Origin: Thermodesulfobacteriota bacterium
GTDB lineage: Bacteria > Desulfobacterota > WTBG01 > JAGOGO01
Direction: 5' to 3'
DNA length: 32,000 bases
Assembly: GCA_026625185.1 (NCBI GenBank)
Contig: CP113000.1
Location: forward strand, 90,001-122,000
Made by a program: the position numbers and the translations under genes. Shown here piece after piece: positions 7,464 to 16,362 of this stretch (its first letter is position 1; every line of letters begins with the position of its first letter). Under the pieces are notes generated by a model. That model was not told where the DNA came from. It searched no databases and worked only from the letters and a program-made list of their open reading frames with translations.

Positions 7464-9185
7464 ATGAAAAAATCTTTTTTAGTCCCAATTTGTGTCTTGT
7501 TTTTAATATTGTTTTCAGCTTCTTCGGCATGGTGTATTGTCTTTGATTTACCCTGCGAGAGGAAGCTCTATCTTACCGGACATATAGACCAGTATGCACG
7601 ATATGGTTTACAAAACTCTAATACACTGCCTGGAGGAGGCAGGGTGGGAGGTGGTTACAGGGGGTTAACCGACGCTCTATATTCATTCCTTTTTGAAGTC
7701 CATTACATCCATAGTGACATGTTGGAGTTCAGAGTGGGAACGCGCCTGGAAGGCGACTGGGCCTATGCTATAAACCATAGTCAAAATAGTTGGAATGGGA
7801 AAAATGGGTTTGACCAGTCAGAAGGACAAATGAAAAGGCATACCCACAATTTACAGAGGGACTTCTTTAGAGAGTGTAACCTCAATTTCACCACGAATAC
7901 TTTTAGCGCGCGCCTCGGCAAGCAGACGGTGGTATGGGGAGAGACGGACCTTTTCAGGCTCATGGATATGTTCAACCCCCTCGATTACCAGCGTATTTAT
8001 GTGCTGCGCGACGCCGATTATGGATATGAGGAGACGAGGATCCCGCTTTGGGCGGTAAAGTTAGGCTACCAGCCTGATATAAGAGTAGACCCGTTTACCA
8101 ATCTCATGTTGGAGTTTGCCTGGACGCCGGAAGTCAGGCAGACCCTGCTCAATGTCGGTCCGAGGACTGGCGGCCCATGGGCGGTCCCCATACCCCACGA
8201 TATGCCTGATCTTACTGGTCTTGGTCTCGGCACATTGAAAGATCTCGATATAAACCCGGGTGATGACCACGGGATGCGCGGCATGTCAATGGAAAACTCC
8301 ACCTACGGTATCAGGCTAAGGGGCAACTGGGGGAATACGTACTTCACGATTAATGGCTTTCACGCCTGGGATGAATTTCCCATCTTCCAGACGAGACCCG
8401 GGTTCGTAGGCAATCTTGGCGCTGGGGGTCTTGGCATCCTCTATGGAGTTGGTGGACCATTTGGAGGGACTGGCGGCAATGTTGACGACGGATTCGGCTA
8501 TGGAATGGCATTGGACAAGAGGCTTTACCGTAAAGACGTGGTGGGGTTTACCCTGGCCAGGGAGATGGATTTCCTGCGGTCTTTTGTCCAGACCATAGGG
8601 CAGGTTGCCAACCCCACGGTGCGGGTCGAAAGTTACTACCAGTTCGACAAACATATAGCTACCCGCTGGGCCCAGGATGTAAAAGAAGGAGTTCTTAGGG
8701 TTAATGATGGCGATCCTGATGGCTTTAATCAAGTTTTGCATGGTATTGCCGACGGTGGAAAAGGATATAAAAAAAGGGATGTGCTCCGCTACATGGTCGG
8801 TTTTGACTGGCCTTTGAGATTACGGTATTTAAATCCGAGGAAAGAGTTCTTCACCTCCTTCCAGTTTACTCAGGAGCACATATTTGGCAGCGTGGGCGAC
8901 CGATTCTATTTTGTGCCCTACACCATGAAAATACCGAGGGATAAGATGGATATCACATTCCTGGCGAACACCGAATATTTTCACGAAAAGGTAAAGCCGC
9001 AGTACGCAATGGCATATGATATAAACCATAACGCTTACATGCCAAAATTCAGCTGCCGGTTCTGGCTGGGTGATCACTGGAGACCTGAGATAGGGTATAT
9101 GTATATCACCGGTCATACGGACCGAAGTCACGCCTGGTTCAAGAAATGTGATAATTTTTGGGCAAAACTTCAATACCAATGGTAA
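7464..9185 (+). CDS. DUF1302-family outer-membrane beta-barrel protein
   Basis: ATG at 7464 preferred over the TTG at 7386 in the ORF track. Signal peptide MKKSFLVPICVLFLILFSASSAW, motif LGKQTVVWGETDLFRLMDMFNPLD, and a C-terminal aromatic end ...KLQYQW. Confidence 0.8.
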   Translation: MKKSFLVPICVLFLILFSASSAWCIVFDLPCERKLYLTGHIDQYARYGLQNSNTLPGGGRVGGGYRGLTDALYSFLFEVHYIHSDMLEFRVGTRLEGDWAYAINHSQNSWNGKNGFDQSEGQMKRHTHNLQRDFFRECNLNFTTNTFSARLGKQTVVWGETDLFRLMDMFNPLDYQRIYVLRDADYGYEETRIPLWAVKLGYQPDIRVDPFTNLMLEFAWTPEVRQTLLNVGPRTGGPWAVPIPHDMPDLTGLGLGTLKDLDINPGDDHGMRGMSMENSTYGIRLRGNWGNTYFTINGFHAWDEFPIFQTRPGFVGNLGAGGLGILYGVGGPFGGTGGNVDDGFGYGMALDKRLYRKDVVGFTLAREMDFLRSFVQTIGQVANPTVRVESYYQFDKHIATRWAQDVKEGVLRVNDGDPDGFNQVLHGIADGGKGYKKRDVLRYMVGFDWPLRLRYLNPRKEFFTSFQFTQEHIFGSVGDRFYFVPYTMKIPRDKMDITFLANTEYFHEKVKPQYAMAYDINHNAYMPKFSCRFWLGDHWRPEIGYMYITGHTDRSHAWFKKCDNFWAKLQYQW

Positions 9186-9207
9186 AACTTTAAAAGAGAG
9201 GTAACTA

Positions 9208-10695
9208 ATGATGAAAAAGCATATTATTTTAATGGCGATGATGGTGGCGGTGGTTTCCTTGGTTTTTGCTAACTATGGCATTGCCGAGCCGCTTGAGGGG
9301 GCTGCCAAGCAGCGTCCTGCATATTACACATCTCCTTCTGCAGCCAAAGCTCTGAAGGTTCCCGATGCAGATAGAGCCAAGGCGGTAGCAGAGAGTTTTT
9401 TGGTTGTCAAAGAATTGAAAAGACCTGCCCCCGATTTCCAGGCGGATTTCCCCAAAAGACCCAAATTTAATGATAAATTTTTTCAAGACTGGAAGAAGAT
9501 GTGCGGTTATGATGCCCCGAGCCTCATTTCCTTAAACGATCCTGCCCCGGAGATTAAATCGGGGACAGTGATAACGCCTATGAATTACACTAGTTTCCCA
9601 AATCTGTATAAGATACTGCCCGAATCCCAGTTATGGCGGTTGACATCCAAGGGCTATCCGCAGCTAAAAAAGATAGAAGTGGAATCGACCACCCCTATCT
9701 ATTTCCATACCAAGATAGTGGAAGAATCCTATAAAAACGATGGTAAGATTTCGGTTGATCCCAAAACCCGTCAGCTGTTGGGTGGTTATAAGATAGGCTT
9801 GCCTTTTTTGCACCCGAAGACCGGATTGGAGTACGAGTGGAACGCTATTATGGCGAAGATCCATTTTCAAGACGAGTTCTCCTTCCAGACAATAAACTAT
9901 TTCAATTTTGACGGAAAGGGCAATGCTGAGAGAACGATCCGTTGTAATCTGTACTGGGCCCGTTTTCTGGGAAGATCGCATTCAAAGTACGACGCGGATT
10001 ACTATTATGAAGGAGCCGAACAGGAGAAGAAGGACGGAGTGTTGGAAAAGGGCTCCATGGTGGTCGTTTATCCTTCTGACATTAAAGGTTTTGCCTTTGT
10101 GCGCACCAGATACATGGACCCTGAACGTCCCGACTACTTTATAGCATACATACCGGGCATGAGGAGAGTGAGAGTATTATCGGGCACAGATGCGCAGGAC
10201 CCGATATTTGGAACGGAGCTGCAATGGGATACCTGGGCGACGGACTGGCAGAAGGTATCCGGCACCATCTACCCCAATGATTATAATATCATGGGCGAGG
10301 GTGTGCTTCTCTATCCAAGCTATATGCCCGCTCCTTCTGTGAGGGTGGAAGGAAATGTGATGTACACAAGATGGCAGAAGAGACCGGTAACGGTTTTAGA
10401 ATATGTCTCCAAAGATCCGAGATACTATTATGGCTATCGCGTAAAATATATGGATATGGAAACTAAGAGGGAAGCTCTTATGGAGTACTATGATACAAAA
10501 GGAAACTTATGGAGGACTTGGACAGGGTTCCGGTACCATTATCCTGATACTGCGGTTACCTGTTGGGAGGGTTGCGACATTCCGGATTACATTAACAGGC
10601 ATCATACCATCCTGAAAATGGAGAGCCGGCCCAATGACCCCACGATGACTCCGGCTTATTTTGACCTGCGGTTTTTGTCAAGACAGGCCAGATAG
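9208..10695 (+). CDS. DUF1329-family (LolA-like, outer membrane lipoprotein-sorting-type) periplasmic protein
   Basis: Lies 22 nt after the DUF1302 stop with its own SD (AGAGAGG). Has a signal peptide and the blocks GLPFLHPKTGLEYEWN and EYYDTKGNLWRTW. Confidence 0.8.
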   Translation: MMKKHIILMAMMVAVVSLVFANYGIAEPLEGAAKQRPAYYTSPSAAKALKVPDADRAKAVAESFLVVKELKRPAPDFQADFPKRPKFNDKFFQDWKKMCGYDAPSLISLNDPAPEIKSGTVITPMNYTSFPNLYKILPESQLWRLTSKGYPQLKKIEVESTTPIYFHTKIVEESYKNDGKISVDPKTRQLLGGYKIGLPFLHPKTGLEYEWNAIMAKIHFQDEFSFQTINYFNFDGKGNAERTIRCNLYWARFLGRSHSKYDADYYYEGAEQEKKDGVLEKGSMVVVYPSDIKGFAFVRTRYMDPERPDYFIAYIPGMRRVRVLSGTDAQDPIFGTELQWDTWATDWQKVSGTIYPNDYNIMGEGVLLYPSYMPAPSVRVEGNVMYTRWQKRPVTVLEYVSKDPRYYYGYRVKYMDMETKREALMEYYDTKGNLWRTWTGFRYHYPDTAVTCWEGCDIPDYINRHHTILKMESRPNDPTMTPAYFDLRFLSRQAR

Positions 10696-10721
10696 CCAAT
10701 TTTTGGGAGAGATCATTTTGT

Positions 10722-10751
10722 GAAGAGAGAGGTTTTTTTACCTCTCTCTTC
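10722..10751 (+). terminator. 12-bp perfect hairpin after the DUF1329 gene (possible terminator or RNA-stability element)
   Basis: gaagagagaggt-tttttt-acctctctcttc. No T-tract follows the stem. Confidence 0.45.
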
Positions 10752-11058
10752 GCTCCTCGCATTTTAATGCTGGAGTTTGGAGAGATAGGAATGGAAAATA
10801 AAATTTATGAACTCCTAAAAAGTCGTGAAGGGGGCTGAATTCGGCGGATTTGTAATAAGCTCCCTCCGGCCTTTGTAGGTGCAAGTCTTTGGCAAGGTGT
10901 GCGTGGCTCGATTGACAGGCGGCTCACAGTTCGCCATGAGGTGCAAGAGCTTGCGCTGTGAAGCCCGACAAAGGGAGAGGACGAAAATTTGATCCATACC
11001 CTACCTTTCTTTAATCCACTCCTAAGAGTGAAAGTTTTTTATAATTCCGGCTATCAAG

Positions 11059-11087
11059 TTGAGCAAAAGTCTCTTGTAATTTATAAT
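11059..11087 (+). promoter_or_regulatory. sigma70-like promoter upstream of usp
   Basis: TTGAGC-N17-TATAAT, ending 33 nt before the usp ATG. Confidence 0.5.
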
Positions 11088-11119
11088 GATATAAAAAAAT
11101 AAAAGAGGTAATCTAAGAG

Positions 11120-11617
11120 ATGGAAATTATAGTTAAAGCAGAAAGAAAAATATTATGGGCTAGCGATTTCTCTGAAATGTCTATTGAGGCTTTAAAAACT
11201 ACCCAAGTACTTTCTTTTATACCTCAACAAGAATTGATAGCCCTTCATATTATTGAAAACCCTATGGATAACTTATATAAACCAGAAGATTCAGTCCCTA
11301 TCAATAGGTTGACTCACGCAGAAGATATTGTTAAGGAAAAATTTAAAAAGATATTCGAGGAGTTTGGTATTGCTCCAAAGTTTTATAGGATAGAAGTGTT
11401 GACAATAGAAATAGGGAAACACGCAGGGGACAAGATTATAGAGGTAGCAGATAAAGAAAAAGTGTGGTTAATTATTATGGGAAGGGAAGCAAAGGGAATG
11501 AAAAGGTTATTAGGAAGCACCACTGAATATGTATTGGCTCATGCCAAATGTCCGATCCTTATTGTCCGCGGAAAAATAGATGAGGAAATTTTTGAGGGCC
11601 ACCCACGTTTAAAGTAA
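11120..11617 (+). CDS. universal stress protein (UspA family)
   Basis: 165 aa. ILWASDFSE... and C-terminal GSTTEYVLAHAKCPILIVRG are typical Usp motifs. SD is AAGAGG. Confidence 0.85.
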   Translation: MEIIVKAERKILWASDFSEMSIEALKTTQVLSFIPQQELIALHIIENPMDNLYKPEDSVPINRLTHAEDIVKEKFKKIFEEFGIAPKFYRIEVLTIEIGKHAGDKIIEVADKEKVWLIIMGREAKGMKRLLGSTTEYVLAHAKCPILIVRGKIDEEIFEGHPRLK

Positions 11618-11752
11618 GACGAGAAAACGATTTAAAATTTATGTGCCTGAAGGACTTGTTTATTTTTCGAATCTGACAATGTCGAGCTCAGGTTGAGAAT
11701 TAGGTGGAGAAAGTTATTATTATTATAAAAAAAGCATGGGGAGGTATACGAG

Positions 11753-12130
11753 ATGAAGACTGAAAGGATTATTTTTGGATTGATATTCATCACGGTTTTA
11801 GTATTTTTGGCTTCCTGCACAAGACCATCTGGCGAATTTGAGACAACCTTTAAATATGCTGATAATCCGGCTATTCCTGTTGCAATTTCGGCAACAACTA
11901 TTGATAAGCAGACAGGGAAAGTTGTCGCCAAGGGCGAGTTTGTTAGGGTCACCCCTGAAGGCACAACAATTGTTAAGGAAACACACTATACCAACTATGC
12001 GTTTATAAGGGTTCCTATTTTTACTTGCGAAACTGAATTTGGGGCCAATGGCGTTAAAATTGCGGAAGAGAGACCAAAAGGGAAAAGAGGTGGTTATGAT
12101 ATGTATCCTTCGTGGCCAACCCGTCAGTAA
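11753..12130 (+). CDS. small lipoprotein, no recognisable family
   Basis: 125 aa. Signal peptide with lipobox LASC, SD GGGGAGG, embedded in the cluster. Confidence 0.7.
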   Translation: MKTERIIFGLIFITVLVFLASCTRPSGEFETTFKYADNPAIPVAISATTIDKQTGKVVAKGEFVRVTPEGTTIVKETHYTNYAFIRVPIFTCETEFGANGVKIAEERPKGKRGGYDMYPSWPTRQ

Positions 12131-12286
12131 TTAGTTTTAAACTTGGGGGTGGTGGTAGTTAGAAAAGTTGACTATTGCTCATTATTCCATTTTACCAAAA
12201 AAAAGTAGAACGTGGGGTTCTGGCAAGTCAATTTGTAAACACTCCTTGAGAGTGAGACAATTTAAGAAGTTAAAGGAGGTTGTTAA

Positions 12287-13480
12287 ATGGTAATAAAAAA
12301 GTGGATGTATATGGCAGTACTTGGGATTGTAACTTTAGTCTTTTTTATCTTTGGATACTATTATCTTGAACAAACTTTTATTGCGAGGGAAGAATTACTT
12401 AAAAAGAAGGTTAAATACCGAGGGTTATTTCATGGATTATTTTCGGTAACAATGCCGGATTCATTGATTACCGCTGATGAGTTGCAAAGAAAGGTCTTTT
12501 ATGCAGTTGGTGAGAAGGGAACATTTTTAAAGACCGAAAATGCAGGAGACACTTGGAATGTTTCAACCATCTTACCTGATGAGAATCTTATAGCCGTTCG
12601 CTTCAAGACTGAAAATGAGGGATCGATTATAGGCACGAATGGCACCTTATTGAATACCACTGATGGTGGAAAGACCTGGAAGAAATATGATTTAAAGACC
12701 GACCGTACCCTTTGTAAGATGATTTTTATCAATAATGATAAGGGGTTCGTCATTGGAGAAGAGAGCCTGCTCTTCTGCACTGAAGATGGGGGAAAGACCT
12801 GGAAGAAAGGGCTTGAAGGGATAACGGAGGAGACCTACGGTGACCCCTGGATGCTTGAAATTTTTAATGATATAATGTTTGCAAATGAATCTGTAGGCTG
12901 GATAGTTGGTGAGGGAGGTATTATCATAAAGACCGAGGACGGTGGAAAAACCTGGAATGAGCAAAAATTGGGTTCAACTGCAGGACTGAATACTATTGCA
13001 GTCTTAGACCAAGACCGGGCCCTTGTTGCAGGTGAGCAGGGTGAACTTTACCGAACCTTCGATGGTGGTAAAACCTGGGAGAGGAAGGAAATAAAGGTAT
13101 TTGAGCTTGGAGATGAACCCGTAAAAAAAGCGATATACAAAGTTGCATTGCTTCCCTTTGGTGAAGGTGGGCCTCCCTTAAGTGATGTGAGGGCATGGCA
13201 TGTTTATATCCTCGGAGATAATGTTGGATTTAACTCCTATGATTTCGGCGATTCGTGGCGAACCATATCGAAAGATTCAGTATTAGCTAACTACTGGCTT
13301 TATGATGTGCTCCATGCGGGAGGTTCTTTGGCCTATCTGATACCAAAGGACAAATATAGTGGAACCATAGAAGAGCTTAGAGGAAGATGTCCACTTGCGT
13401 TTATGGTTGGCATAGAAGGAAAGGTTTTTAGAACAAAGGATAAGGGGCTACTTTGGGAGTCCATGAGCAGGTTCTTATAA
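12287..13480 (+). CDS. membrane-anchored BNR/Ycf48-like seven-bladed beta-propeller
   Basis: N-terminal TM helix plus seven spaced BNR blades (AGDTW, 4x DGGKTW, FGDSW, DKGLLW). SD is AAAGGAGG. Confidence 0.8.
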   Translation: MVIKKWMYMAVLGIVTLVFFIFGYYYLEQTFIAREELLKKKVKYRGLFHGLFSVTMPDSLITADELQRKVFYAVGEKGTFLKTENAGDTWNVSTILPDENLIAVRFKTENEGSIIGTNGTLLNTTDGGKTWKKYDLKTDRTLCKMIFINNDKGFVIGEESLLFCTEDGGKTWKKGLEGITEETYGDPWMLEIFNDIMFANESVGWIVGEGGIIIKTEDGGKTWNEQKLGSTAGLNTIAVLDQDRALVAGEQGELYRTFDGGKTWERKEIKVFELGDEPVKKAIYKVALLPFGEGGPPLSDVRAWHVYILGDNVGFNSYDFGDSWRTISKDSVLANYWLYDVLHAGGSLAYLIPKDKYSGTIEELRGRCPLAFMVGIEGKVFRTKDKGLLWESMSRFL

Positions 13481-13507
13481 AATTATAGAAAAGAAGGGGT
13501 AAGGACT

Positions 13508-15892
13508 ATGGAAGAAAAAATAGAAGGTAAGGAAGAAAAATTAAAATGGAATTGGAAGTTAGTAAAGTATAGAAAATTTATCCTATTAATCTTATTTGGA
13601 TTAACAGTTATGTTTGGCTTAGGATTGACCATGTTGAATTTTCAGGTCAGATTACAAGACCTGCTTCCTCCTACGCATCCCTTTGTAAAAGTAACTTCCA
13701 GGTATACGGAAAAATTTGGAGGTATTGACAATTTTGTTATCACCTTAGATGCAATAAAGGGGGAGATATTTAAGGCTGACATATTGAAGACCATATTTGA
13801 TTTAACAGATGAGGTGGTGTTTTATCCTGAAGTGGCGCGTTCCACGGTAACCTCAATCGGACTGAATAAGGCAAAATCAATCGAGGCAAAAGGTAAGGGG
13901 GAGGTGGAGATAAATGCCCTTATGTTTCCACAACCACCTTCTGAGGAAAAGGGCATCGCCGAACTTAAAAGTAGGATTCTGGGTCTTAATGCAATCCTTT
14001 ATAAAGGGATATTTGTCAGTGACGCTGGAACTTCTGCCCTTATAGCCGGCACCCTGAAAGAAGGGGCGGATTACAGGAAATTTTTTGACTTTGTAAGAGG
14101 ATTGAAAATTAAGTATGAAAAAAAATATCCAAATCTTCAGGTAAAGTTTATAGGACACCCACTGCTCATGGGGTGGATATATTATTACATCCCCCAGATG
14201 GGTATAATATTTTTAATAACATTCGCGCTTTTCATGGTCATTCTCCTGGTGTCATACCGCAGTGTCGCCGGGGTGGTAACACCTATTTTGTGTGGTGTAC
14301 TCAGCGCTGTATGGGGAATGGGATTCATAGGCATTATGGGCTATAACATGGACCCTTTACTTATCGTGATACCATTTTTGATCGGGGTAAGGTCATTTTC
14401 TCATGGTATTCAGATTACAGCCCGCTATATTGATGAGTATAACCACTTTTTGGACGCCGAAAAAGCTGCGGCAGTAACAATCGATACTATGCTTATCCCA
14501 AATGCTTCAGCTATAGGGGCAGAGATTGGGGGGTTTGTTGCCCTTGTCTTTGCCGGTATTATCAGTATACAAGTAATGGCATTAACTATGTCATTCTGGA
14601 TGATCGGCGTATTTTTATTCTCTGGTATATTTGTCCCGCTAATTTGTATGTATCTACCTAAGCATATAAAGATTAAAGGACTTGACCTGGAGATTGAGAA
14701 GAAAAAAGAAGATATAGTAGATAGGATAATTTATAAGACAACAACCATCGCCACTGGCCTTCATAAAAGATGGGCAGTCCTTGGCATACTTGCAGTGGTT
14801 TTTGCAATAGGTAGTGTTTTTGCCGCCAAGCTCAAGGTCGGAGACTTATCACCTGGTTCTCCCATCCTATGGCCGAATTCAGAATACAATCAGGCAGCTA
14901 AAACCGTTACCAGTTTATACAGCCGCAGCGGATCGGACACCTATTCCATTTACCTCCGCGGAGCGAACCCAGGGGATGCAAAAACACCCGCCGCCCTTAA
15001 ATGGATAGACGGTTATGATATATTTATGAGGGAGAACATGCCGGAAAAATTCGGTGGAACTATCTCCTTTGCCGGTCTGGTAAAGAAACTGAACCGGGAA
15101 TTTCATGGAGGGGATCCAAAATGGTATTTTATACCTCCGGATCGGATAACTTCAGATCAGATGGTCTTTTTCCTTATTGGAAAGGCAAACCCTGGAGATT
15201 ATGCAACCTTTATTGATATACCATTCCAGGAAGCTCAGATAACGAGTTTCTTCCGTGACCATTTTCCGGATACGATAAATCAAGGGGTTGATTTTACTAA
15301 AGAATACATAAAAAGATTTCCACCGCCCAAGGGGGTAGAAATAGACCTTGCAAGCGGCAGTGTAGGTTTAAATAAGGCGATAAACGACGAACTTGCGCGC
15401 TCTCACTGGCCTATAACCGTAGCGGTTTTACTTTTCATATTTGTCGTATGTGTGTGTACTTTCAGAAGTGTGATTTGCGCGGTGCTACTTGTCCTTCCCA
15501 TACTTATCGCGCGGGCCGTTATGTTTACTGCCCTGTATTATATGAATATTGGAATTTCAGTGGCGAGTCTTACGGTTACAGCTGTGGGGCTTGGTATTGG
15601 CGTGGATTTTGGGATTTATATAGTTGCGCGGGTAAAGGAAAAGTATGCGGAAGACCCGGATCTGGATAAGGCAGTATTCTACGGAATGGCAACCGCAGGC
15701 AAGGCGGTCTTCTTCACAGCGGCAGTGGTAATAGTTCCGGTTGCATTATGGTATTTCTTATCCAGCGTTAAATTCTGGGGCGAAATGGGCTTTTTCCTCT
15801 CAGGCATTCTGCTTTGCAGCCTGGTTATAATAATGTTTTTTATACCAGCAATTTTGGTTACACTTAGACCAAAATTTATAACTACCCAGTAG
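13508..15892 (+). CDS. RND-superfamily (MMPL/HpnN-like) inner-membrane transporter, copy 1
   Basis: 794 aa with a duplicated 1+5 TM topology and two large periplasmic loops. Starts 27 nt after the propeller gene. Confidence 0.85.
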   Translation: MEEKIEGKEEKLKWNWKLVKYRKFILLILFGLTVMFGLGLTMLNFQVRLQDLLPPTHPFVKVTSRYTEKFGGIDNFVITLDAIKGEIFKADILKTIFDLTDEVVFYPEVARSTVTSIGLNKAKSIEAKGKGEVEINALMFPQPPSEEKGIAELKSRILGLNAILYKGIFVSDAGTSALIAGTLKEGADYRKFFDFVRGLKIKYEKKYPNLQVKFIGHPLLMGWIYYYIPQMGIIFLITFALFMVILLVSYRSVAGVVTPILCGVLSAVWGMGFIGIMGYNMDPLLIVIPFLIGVRSFSHGIQITARYIDEYNHFLDAEKAAAVTIDTMLIPNASAIGAEIGGFVALVFAGIISIQVMALTMSFWMIGVFLFSGIFVPLICMYLPKHIKIKGLDLEIEKKKEDIVDRIIYKTTTIATGLHKRWAVLGILAVVFAIGSVFAAKLKVGDLSPGSPILWPNSEYNQAAKTVTSLYSRSGSDTYSIYLRGANPGDAKTPAALKWIDGYDIFMRENMPEKFGGTISFAGLVKKLNREFHGGDPKWYFIPPDRITSDQMVFFLIGKANPGDYATFIDIPFQEAQITSFFRDHFPDTINQGVDFTKEYIKRFPPPKGVEIDLASGSVGLNKAINDELARSHWPITVAVLLFIFVVCVCTFRSVICAVLLVLPILIARAVMFTALYYMNIGISVASLTVTAVGLGIGVDFGIYIVARVKEKYAEDPDLDKAVFYGMATAGKAVFFTAAVVIVPVALWYFLSSVKFWGEMGFFLSGILLCSLVIIMFFIPAILVTLRPKFITTQ

Positions 15893-15912
15893 TAATTAAT
15901 GGTAAAAAAAAG

Positions 15913-15942
15913 GAAGCGGCCTTTCACGGCCGCTTCTTTTTT
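15913..15942 (+). terminator. rho-independent, probably bidirectional terminator
   Basis: gaagcggcc-tttcac-ggccgcttc followed by T6 and preceded by A8. Confidence 0.8.
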
Positions 15943-16001
15943 AAAGACATTCTCCAATCTTTTCCAATCTCCTTTATATCTTTCACTCCATTCCCATTAT
16001 C

Positions 16002-16189
16002 TACCCATTTCCCGACAGGCCTCCCCCTTCTCCATTGGGATAGCTTCACACCTGCCTCCCGTAGCATCCCTATTAACTGCTCCGCCTTAATAAAACGCTT
16101 CCAACTGATCCCTGACCCCCCCCATTTCGATCCAGTTTATGCTTTAAATACTAACATAAAAACTGGACCGGTTTTCGAGGGGCTGGTCA
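16002..16189 (-). mobile_element. IS3-family left-end relic (copy A; IRL plus start of orfA only)
   Basis: The minus strand starts TGACCAGCCCCTCGAAAACCGG. It then reads ATG-G8 and, after a 1-nt shift, SWKRFIKAEQLIGMLREAGVKLSQ (an IS3 OrfA N-terminus). Homologous to 22857-23048. Confidence 0.55.
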
Positions 16190-16291
16190 TTTGTGATGCT
16201 TCGCATGAAATTTGGTGATAAGTTGGTTAATAGCAATCAAGGCACATATTCCCACGAAGATATAAACACTCATTAGCACGCTGTGTTCCAT
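16187..16291 (-). CDS. 34-aa single-TM ORF (copy A); either a small protein or the N-terminal stub of an IS-disrupted gene
   Basis: MEHSVLMSVYIFVGICALIAINQLITKFHAKHHK with SD AAAGGAGG. A variant copy exists at 23046-23162. The stop codon TGA coincides with the first bases of the IS3 relic. Confidence 0.4.
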   Translation of the reverse strand: MEHSVLMSVYIFVGICALIAINQLITKFHAKHHK

Positions 16292-16324
16292 GGTTACGCC
16301 TCCTTTCTTTAATAGGGATACTAT

Positions 16325-16339
16325 TGGTTTAGTGAACCA
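16325..16339 (-). promoter_or_regulatory. inverted repeat TGGTT-N5-AACCA between promoter and SD of the small ORF
   Basis: Perfect 5-bp arms here. The arms extend to 7 bp (ATTGGTT-N5-AACCAAT) in copy B at 23194-23212. Confidence 0.35.
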
Positions 16340-16362
16340 CTAAAAAATATTTTTCTGAATAT

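Noticed and set aside
10842-10870. GGGGGCTGAATTCGGCGGATTTG resembles the 5' end of tmRNA (GGGGCUGAUUC...GACGGGAUUUG)
   Set aside because: There is no tRNA-like 3' end (no GGTTCGA.TCC...CCA), no tag ORF ending in hydrophobic residues plus a stop, and the region is too short. The similarity is probably chance.
15964-15983. About 20-nt motif (ccaatctcctttatatctttc) shared with 19227-19246 downstream of the acyl-CoA ligase relic
   Set aside because: It is too short to establish homology. It might be a trace of a ligase 3' region next to RND copy 1, but I cannot support that.
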